A DNA stretch of 56,568 bases, filler included, from Platydemus manokwari (taxonomy: Eukaryota): NCBI GenBank assembly GCA_037951405.1. It is 5 parts of 5 records of this genome, joined end to end, with 100 filler letters (N's around TTAATTAATTAA, not from the genome) between each part and the next. Parts side by side here need not be neighbours in the genome. Positions count along the whole stretch, not along the records: positions 46,200 to 56,568 come from JBBMOY011139661.1; 4 more parts are not named here. One strand, 5' to 3'. This document shows, one piece after another, positions 55,101 to 56,568 of the stretch; the first letter of the stretch is position 1, and every line of letters begins with the position of its first letter. Under the pieces are notes generated by a model, which saw only the letters and a list, made by a program, of their open reading frames with translations, was not told where the DNA came from and searched no databases. The translations under genes were made by a program, and so were the position numbers.

Positions 55101-56568
55101 GTTTATATTAATAATATCAATTAATTTTTGAAATCACAAATTTCATCATTAAGTTTTCCGTATTCTTCTTGATCGACGCTTCAATTTGATTTAAATCTCT
55201 CTATTAAAGAAGGGATTTAATTCCAATCGATTGATGTGCAGAAAGAATCTTCAAAAAGTCAGGTCGACTTGGCTTACAGTTTTTTGTCGAAATGACTTGT
55301 TAAAAATTAAGTCAACGCTGTAAGTCGATACTATTTTATAAACCACACATTAAAGCAACACCAAATTATGTATTTCAATGCAATTATGTATGTTAGTGGC
55401 TAACACTTCGTCGCTTTTGAGACTATATTGAAAACTCATAACTATTAAAGTGAAAAAATATTTTCATACTAAACATTATTCAAACAAATATTCCTTCTTG
55501 TAAAAATTCCGATTATTATAAAACATTTTTTTAAACATATTTATATTTTATGAATAATTTTGAGAGGTTACAGTAACGGTCTGAGCAATATAAGTAATAA
55601 ATATTTTAAAAATATAATTAATTAAAATCATTCTTTGTTTTAAATTATTAAATTTAATTTAAAAAATTAAATTCAATATAATTAAATTTAAATCTTAAAC
55701 CTCACAATGTAAATAAATTAAAAAACTAATTCCTGTAAAAATCTCACAAACGCAATCAAATCCAATAATCAATAATCAAAAGAATTAAAATTTCCAAAGC
55801 TAATAAAATCCAAAGCATTGCAATGCGAGGATTGCTATTTTTAAATATTCGGGGAATTTCTGCCGATTTTGCTTGATACTGCCACTGAGAAAGAGCCAAT
55901 TGAAAATATTATTTTTAAAACAACATACTTGACACCACCGACAATATGTCAAATTTAAATGAACAAAAGCTCTTGTTTAACTGATATGAGCCTAGTTAAA
56001 CAAGACCGAAAAATTGCTAAATACTATTTGGTGATTTCTCATTTTATCTGTTCATTGTCAATAAAGATTTATTAACTGGAATGGTTAATTAGTGAATTTT
56101 ATCATTTACAAATTTTCATCAATTGATGAAATATTGAAGGTTGATCGAGAAATTTTGAATTTAATTTATTAAAACAAATATTTATTAATTTTATTATCAC
56201 TCGTTCTCTTACGCTGAATAAAATTTATCGAAATTTCTTTGATTGAAAATATTTCCACAACTTTTTGTTTGGTTTCTATGATTACGTTTGTTTTTAAAAA
56301 TAATCAATAATTCTTGGATAATTTCATTTTTTCCTTTCTCTACCAGACAAATTCCGTAGGAAAAAATTGAAATATATCAAAATGTATGAGGATTTCGGTA
56401 TTTGTAGTTACACGAACAATTCGTCTTACTGCATTGCCAATACATTTTATAAATTATTTAGGAAATTGAAGTAATAAGTTTGTTAAATTTCGATAATAAT
56501 AATAGTAATAATAATAATAATGATGACGATCATAAAAATACTGTTGCGAATAGTTTAAAAAATAATAA

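Overview
Very AT-rich eukaryotic nuclear scaffold with short spliceosomal introns and four 100-nt scaffold gaps. It looks metazoan (consistent with a triclad flatworm), but this cannot be proven from the sequence. Host genes: an unidentified multi-exon gene (- strand, ~400-4114), MLH1 (-, 4980-8389), glycogen synthase (+, from 18788, 3' end lost in a gap, first intron GC-AG) and a calmodulin-like EF-hand gene (+, 26108-26641). The rest is mostly decayed transposon debris (mariner, pogo/Tc2-type MITEs, Chapaev-like, hAT ends, an R2-like RT fragment, solo-LTR-like repeats). The main result is a decayed ~3.3-kb endogenous Polinton/adintovirus-like viral element at ~28926-32255. It carries a capsid-like gene, an A32/FtsK packaging ATPase, a RING + Trp-repeat gene and a C2H2-ZnF/phospholipase A2-like gene. 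The PLA2-like gene is interrupted in its conserved TGPGT loop by a 314-nt group I intron with IC1-type architecture (31660-31973), i.e. a self-splicing ribozyme relic carried by a DNA virus/transposon into an apparently animal nuclear genome.
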